Positions 8,630 through 14,000 of a stretch of DNA of 14,000 nt are shown here, piece after piece; the stretch's first letter is position 1; every line of letters begins with the position of its first letter. Both the position numbers and the translations under genes were made by a program. The stretch is from Takakia lepidozioides (taxonomy: Eukaryota; Plantae; Bryophyta). The stretch lies in assembly GCA_030704615.1 (NCBI GenBank), contig JAKLZA010000105.1, forward strand, positions 1-14,000. Reading direction: 5' to 3'. The notes under the pieces were generated by a model, which was not told the DNA's origin, ran no database searches, and was given only the letters and a program-made list of their open reading frames with translations.

Positions 8630-11600
8630 ATGGCTCCGAATTCCTACGCTATAGTTTGCTGTCCTCCGCAACTTGGGAGAGCCTGGATCCCAAACGAGGG
8701 AGGACTTTGCAGAGTGACTGAAACTTACCTTTGTTCCAAATTCAAGCTCAAACCGGGCACAGTTTATTTGGAAGAAGAAAGGAAGGATGTTCCTGGACAG
8801 GTTGACGAGACCATTGTCGTGCTAGGTAACGACGGAGGTTGCGGAATCGAATGGCACGTTCCCCCGTCAGACACCATCCTGTACCGAGCTGTGGGAATGC
8901 CCATTCCCTTTCCGAATCAGTCGCTGCCCACACCATCCACAAAGGAGTCCGGAAACCGAGAGGCGGCCACTGCCAACAGAGAGGTATGCAACGATAATCA
9001 TTCCCGACCTGGACCGTCAAGACCCTCCATAGCTTCTCGTGTGGACGTATTCGACATTTCCGACGAGGAAGATGATTGCATTGAGGTACCCATGTCCTCC
9101 ACACGGTCGTTCAAATCCGGCATGGACGTCTCTGTAGGTGCTACGCATGTGCCCTCGAGCATAACTCCAACCCGGTCCATTGTGCAGCTCCTACGACAAC
9201 ATCACCTCGATGGTTCTCGCTCCGAGCTGGCTGCTCTCGACTATGCCAAATTCCCAGTCAGAAAGGTAACTTTTCTGCCTCCCGAAGTCGATGGCAATGT
9301 CATCTTTGAGTTTCCACCTGTTTCTTCGTCAAAGAAAGCCTCCGGGATGTTAACAGACATGGATCGAAAGCATGACGGACACCCCTGGTGTGTGACGAAG
9401 ACCAGTAGCACGAAAATTGCTGATGGTGTTCGTGTACGATATGTCCTCTGTGCGGGGAAGCTGAGGTGCCTCAATCCCACCTGCTTCCACTTTCTCTCCA
9501 AAGGAGGGGAGAGAAACGAGACGGATTGGACTGGCACAACGCATCATCCATTCATTGTCTCCAGCCAAGCTCCTGCGGGTTCTTTCAAGTGTGCACATTG
9601 CAAAGAACCACCGACGTGCATGTCCATGTGCAGAGCCAAGCAATATTACGTAATCCATTTGCTCCCGGACTTGACTAGAGCTTGCATACACGTTGGGGTC
9701 CACTGCCACCCCTTGGCGAGAGGCAACATGCGTGAGGCTGTGCAGGAAGCACACGACATCATAAAAGAGGAGGTCAAATTGAGCCCCGGAGCCAGACCAA
9801 AGCAGATTCAGCTGAAGGCAGCCCACAAGATTGCTCTTGGCAAAATCATGTCTGAAGATGGTTCCGACCGAGAGCCCTTGACCGAAGACGAGATGCGTGA
9901 CCTCTTGGAGTCCGTCTCGCACGTTTGTAGTCCGAATGTGCGGAATCACATCGTATCTTGCAAGCAGGAGTTCGGCAGGGGGTCGGACATGTACTCAATC
10001 CTGGAGGTGAAACGAATGACTGGATATGACTACATCCAAGGTAGCAGGTTTCCAGGGCAAGGCGGCGAATCCGATCGTTGTTACATTTTCAAAATGTCGA
10101 CGTGTGGGCCTGGGAGTGGAGTCGACTTGGTCACTCGCATGACAACTGGAAACTTGTCGAATGCTTGGGTGATGTTTGATCACATCAAGCGAATTACAAA
10201 CCATCAGTGGGTGACTATGGGTGCGCATGTTTATGACTATCACTCCAAGAGGCTCATGACGATTGCAATCTGCGAGATGAAAGGGGAGGACACACAGTCC
10301 GAGATGCATCTGTGGGAGGGCATAAACGAGCAGATGGCAAGGGCGGGATTGCCAGAGCCCAATTTCAGGGGATTCATGGCAGACAACGCTCAGGCCAACT
10401 GGGCAGCGGTGCGGCGTGTGTACGGTGAGGACCCCAATGTTCCAATGGAGGGGAAAGAGAGATCCTGTGGATTCCATTGGATGCAGAGTCTATCCCACTA
10501 CACTACCAAATTTGTTGCTAGCTCATTCCAGGCTGAACACCGTGTCCTTTGTACGGCGTGGAAGGATGCACCCACATATGATGACGCGGAGGTTAAGTTT
10601 GCTATCATCGAGGCTTGGTGGAACACGTCAGGTGCAGTGGAGACAACCAATCTGGGAGCATTGCACAGCTGGTTGGGGTGGTGGCATTTTCGGTATCGAC
10701 AGTTCGGACAGTACATGCGGGAGGTAGGCTGCTGTCAATTTCGTTCATTTGTCTTTCTGTTACGGACATTTCGATTGGTCCCTCACCGTTGTTTGTGTCC
10801 TTCTAGGAGCGGTGCTTGGATTCCGACACGGACATGCCGAACACGAATATGGCAGAATCGGTCCACTCCTCCTGGCGAGCGTCTTCTGCCGCACATCTGG
10901 TGGACGTAGTGACGGCCACAACGGAGGACATCGACAGAGCAATCATGCAGCAAGCCACGTACTACAAGTTCCTGAGCGGCAAACAATGGGGCTTTGGGCC
11001 GGACAGGGAGGAATTGTTGGTACGAACAGCTTCGAGGTCCAAGAATCCAGTGAAATGGGCGACAGCATTGCGAGAGAAGATCAAAGGGACGCCTCTGCAC
11101 CGCAGAGGTGAACACCTAGAGGGGGACGTCCGGACTCGCCCTGTCAGGCGGAGGATTGAAGAGGAACCCGGGTGCGAAGAGGATTCCTGGAGATCCGACA
11201 GGAACATTCGGACAGCACCTCGAGGTCCCGTCATGTTGCCGCACAATGTGTCTTCCAGCAGTGGAAGCCCAAGAAATTCCAGATCGCCGTCGCCTTCAAC
11301 CGGGGATTTCGTGCAACAAATTCCCACCGCTCCCTGCCCCACATTCCGCCCGCTGTTATGCAGTATGGCCAAGCCATTGTGGAGACGACTGTGTCTGCCT
11401 CACAGTGGAGAATTGCTCGCACAAAGCCGTCGTTTCGAGGAAGGTGTTCCGCAATTCGTGTGGATACACGGCAACGTTGTTTAGAGATGATAAGGAGGAA
11501 TCCAGATGGGGCTGTCCCTGCTCCTACTTTTACAGGAAGATTTGTCCATGCAAAGTTTGCGGAGGCGACAACCACCCAGTTCTGGTTCTGCAGGCACGAC

Positions 11601-12236
11601 ATTATGACTTGCGTGTATGGAAAGCCCAAGTACGGCATACAGACAATGCCAGAGGCTCCCCCGGTGTGGCCGGTGGAACCAGGCAGCGATCTGAGTCAGG
11701 TTGAGGCCGACGCCCTTACCGCCGCAGGATTTCGGATGGTGCAGCGCACTGACGTGCCCAGACAACCATTTCCGCTTCCACAGCCTCCACCACCGACCCC
11801 TGTGAGAGCAAGAACAATGGGACACGACAGCTCTAAGCATCCTACACACCGTTGGGGGAAACCGAAGAGGCGGCGACCTCCCTCAAAAGTGAACGAGACA
11901 AGGATGGGGAATGCACTTCGGATGAACTGTACAATCCAGAGCTCGACAGAAGTGCCCCCACTAGGATTCGGGCGTGTGTATCAGATGGCCACGGCGGGCT
12001 CAGCTGTTCGCAATGAGGTGTACACCATCACCATTTCAGAATTACCCACCTGCAATTGCACCGACTTCCAGATCATGGCGAACAAGGGGGCATCATACTG
12101 CCCTTGCAAGCATTTGTACTACGTGTACCTAAAGAGACTCCGTTGTAATTCCACAACTCATCACTTCATACATGCACCAGGGTTGAGCCCCCAGGAGGTT
12201 CACACTCTTCTGAATATGGATCCAGGGGACCAGTGA
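8630..12236 (+). CDS. MULE-like DDE transposase with GCM-like domain and C-terminal SWIM zinc finger (~1,170 aa)
   Basis: GCM/WRKY-like region DGHPW..VLCAGKLRCLNPTC..CAHC..C..HVGVHCHP (9374-9712). Catalytic candidates: WVMFD (10178), FMADNAQANWAAVRRVY (10382), CGFH (10466-10477), NTNMAESVH (E at 10855). SWIM CNC..CKH (12051-12113). One intron (10724-10806) and one 1-nt frameshift between ~11205 and 11365. The start at 8630 (MAPNS) is preferred, but the frame is open from 8414. Confidence 0.85.
10724..10806 (+). other. 83-nt phase-0 spliceosomal intron in the transposase
   Basis: GAG|GTAGGC...TGTCCTTCTAG|GAG with a T-rich interior. Removing it joins ORF 8414-10909 to ORF 10816-11484 in frame (QYMRE|ERCLDSD) and supplies the catalytic Glu. 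Confidence 0.88.
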
Positions 12237-12481
12237 GCTTGGCTTGCGGTCCACATACAATGGTACGCCCATCGGATAGTAGAACTGTACTGCTGCCAGT
12301 ACCTCAGACTCTGGCCACACAAAGGTCCGACATATGTCTTGCCTACCAGTAACCTGTTTTGATCGAACTAAGATATTACTATATCGTTCACTTGTTTCCA
12401 CGTGCATGTATTTTTGTATGTTGGAGGGTTCATGTTTTTCTGCTTTCCGAAAACTTGCTCTCCTCATTCGACCTCCGACAA

Positions 12482-12600
12482 GGAAATGCGGCGCCGAATT
12501 TCCAAGTATCGTCGTAGGTACCCCCAGAGGCGGCCTTCGCCAACACCAAACCGCTCCGAAATTTCGCACGTGCGAACCCTAATGCGGCACCCTATTTCCC
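12482..12600. repeat. Two imperfect palindrome copies downstream of the transposase
   Basis: GGAAATGCGGCGCCGAATTTCC at 12482-12503 and AATGCGGCACCCTATTTCC at 12581-12599. A further half-site TGCCGCATTTCC lies at 12951-12962. Confidence 0.8.
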
Positions 12601-12810
12601 AGTTCAGTTGCAAACCTTTCCGCCGAATACCCGAAGAAGACAGAATTGTGAAGTACTGCAGACTGTATTGGTGCAGACTCCATTGGTTCAATCGCGGCAA
12701 AAGGGTCAGCTTCATTCCAATGTTAAGGCATGTAAAACCGCGGAATACTCTATACAGGCCAGTATGCGACGTCCTTTTGCAGTGGTATACTGGATTTCCC
12801 GTTGCACGGT

Positions 12811-13075
12811 CACTTATTTCCATGAGCGGATCTATAAAACCATGAGCGGACTTGTTACTGACGACATATCTTCGCCGCATTACATGATCTGGAACGTCCA
12901 AAAACGGCAAGGTCAAATAAAAAAACTATTATTTTAATACTTGTTTAATCTGCCGCATTTCCAAATTTGGAGGAGTCCGCTCATGAAATCCGCGTATCTT
13001 AGACTTCGGCTCACCGCTCATGCGGCTCATGCGGCTCATGGCTCATGGCTCATGGTTTCTGCTCATGAAATAGTA
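12811..13075. repeat. CATGAGC(GG) short-repeat cluster, putative subterminal region of the element
   Basis: CATGAGCGGA at 12821 and 12841. The reverse form GCTCATG occurs at 12979, 13016, 13025, 13034, 13041, 13048 and 13061. An AT-rich core lies at ~12915-12950. Confidence 0.75.
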
Positions 13076-14000
13076 AACCTCGCCATGAAGAGCTGACCCA
13101 ATTGACAGCACTGTGTAAATCCGTCCATACCCCGGAGAAGGGACTTCGGTAATACGAGACACCCGAGCCTGCAAAATTCTAGCAGATTCCATCTTGCATT
13201 CGTGATCTGCACCCGAAGCGAAACGGCGCACTGTTTTTCCATCTCTTTTTGTTGGGTGGGAGTCGGCACAGGGTGGCGGCATTGCCGGAGCATGTGGCAC
13301 ATATGTGCCGACAGTGCATGAGGGCACCACCCGGGACCGTGCAAGACAGAACCCTCCCTCCTCCAGCATGCTTATCTCGGTTGATGACAGCGACGTCCCA
13401 ATTTGCACAGGCCAAATTGCGGGGGGGGGGGTTTCATTATCACCGAAGGACGAACTGTTCCCTTCACGCATCGTGCCATATCGTCTGGGCAGAACCAAAA
13501 TTTGTGGTCCTTTGACTCCCCACTATGATAAGGTCGGAACAACCTTGTGAATGTTGGAGCTGGAGTCCCCCTGGAGCCTTTGCATATCTTTGATTTGCAT
13601 TTCTTGAATGAGGGGGTCCGAATTGCCATGCAAGCCACTCTAGATCCTGGTGGGGTGCGTTCTATATGCCACTCACTATCAATGCAATCGGATTCCTGCA
13701 CCATGGCCACCGCCTCCTCCAATGGGATTCCCGCTACTGTGCTTGTATGTTCTGCACGTGCTCCACTGGAGGAGGACCCATCTGGGAAGGGGCGGGCACA
13801 CGACTCAGTGTGCAGTGGAGACACCTTTGGCACAGAGAAATTGACCCTGTCTGGCCGATGGGAATCTCCATCTGACCCTGGAAGAGTGTTCAATTTCCTT
13901 TTGCATGATCCAAATCTTTCCTCGCCTTCCAAATGGGGGATCCTGGATTGTAGAGCGGACCCTTCAGTGCATCTGTTTAGAGCTCTGGCCATCTTTGACG
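13073..14000 (-). pseudogene. 3' part of a second, diverged transposase of the same family, truncated before the SWIM finger
   Basis: Colinear with the first copy: HLEGE/HLEGD, DSHRPDR/DSWRSDR, WHIER/WRIAR, PAPTFT/PAPTFT, FWFC/FWFC, IWPVQIGTSLS/VWPVEPGSDLS, HPTKRDGK/HPTHRWGK, TEVPSPGYGRIY/TEVPPLGFGRVY, GEVY/NEVY. Frameshift at the G11 run 13421-13431. The frame is open to the window edge. Confidence 0.88.

Larger units (their letters stand above)
1..13075. mobile_element. Large MULE-like DNA transposon (left end outside window) carrying a transposase, a ParB-methyltransferase gene and palindrome arrays
   Basis: MULE-type DDE transposase at 8630-12236. The same palindrome occurs from position 52 to ~12962, flanking both genes and inside introns of the left gene, which ties the region together. 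The right boundary is inferred from abrupt truncation of a second transposase at ~13073. A TIR pair and TSD cannot be verified in this window. Confidence 0.65.

Noticed and set aside
11172-11484. Programmed -1 ribosomal frameshift or extra intron in the transposase ORF overlap
   Set aside because: There is no in-frame X XXY YYZ slippery heptamer and only weak donor sites. The second copy reads through the equivalent linker in one frame, so a 1-nt indel is simpler.
8414-12236. Host GCM transcription factor or Zisupton/KDZ transposase
   Set aside because: The D..D-(A..A..V)..CxxH..TNxxESxH arrangement with a downstream SWIM finger fits the Mutator superfamily, and all catalytic candidates are present.
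12811-13075. Stand-alone CACTA element or MITE bounded by imperfect inverted ends
   Set aside because: The ends read CACTT.. and ..TAGTA rather than CACTA..TAGTG, no TSD is visible, and the segment contains the main element's half-site. Not fully excluded.

Overview
Eukaryotic, intron-containing DNA; a non-seed plant or alga is my guess for the host and cannot be proven here. Most of the window (<1 to ~13075) reads as one large Mutator-superfamily (MULE-like) DNA transposon with two divergent genes. (i) On + (8630-12236) is a transposase with a GCM-like Zn/DNA-binding domain, a D-D-CxxH-E core whose Glu is joined only by splicing an 83-nt intron, an unnamed Cys-rich module and a SWIM finger. 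(ii) On - (6227-1114) is a ~10-exon, ~1,400-aa gene, invisible in the ORF track, that fuses a ParB/Srx-like domain (FVWDGNHR) to a beta-class (permuted) N6A/N4C-type DNA methyltransferase domain. Non-coding DNA holds about 50 copies of the 22-bp palindrome GGAAATGCGG-YR-CCGCATTTCC: two arrays spaced mostly at whole helical turns (32-33 and 52-53 bp) plus single copies in introns. Its half-site resembles the GCM recognition sequence. At ~13073 a CATGAGC-repeat end abuts a second, diverged, opposite-strand transposase cut just before its SWIM finger, suggesting a nested insertion. About ten 1-nt frameshifts, mostly at homopolymers, could be sequencing error or decay. All domain calls come from motif recognition by eye, not database searches.
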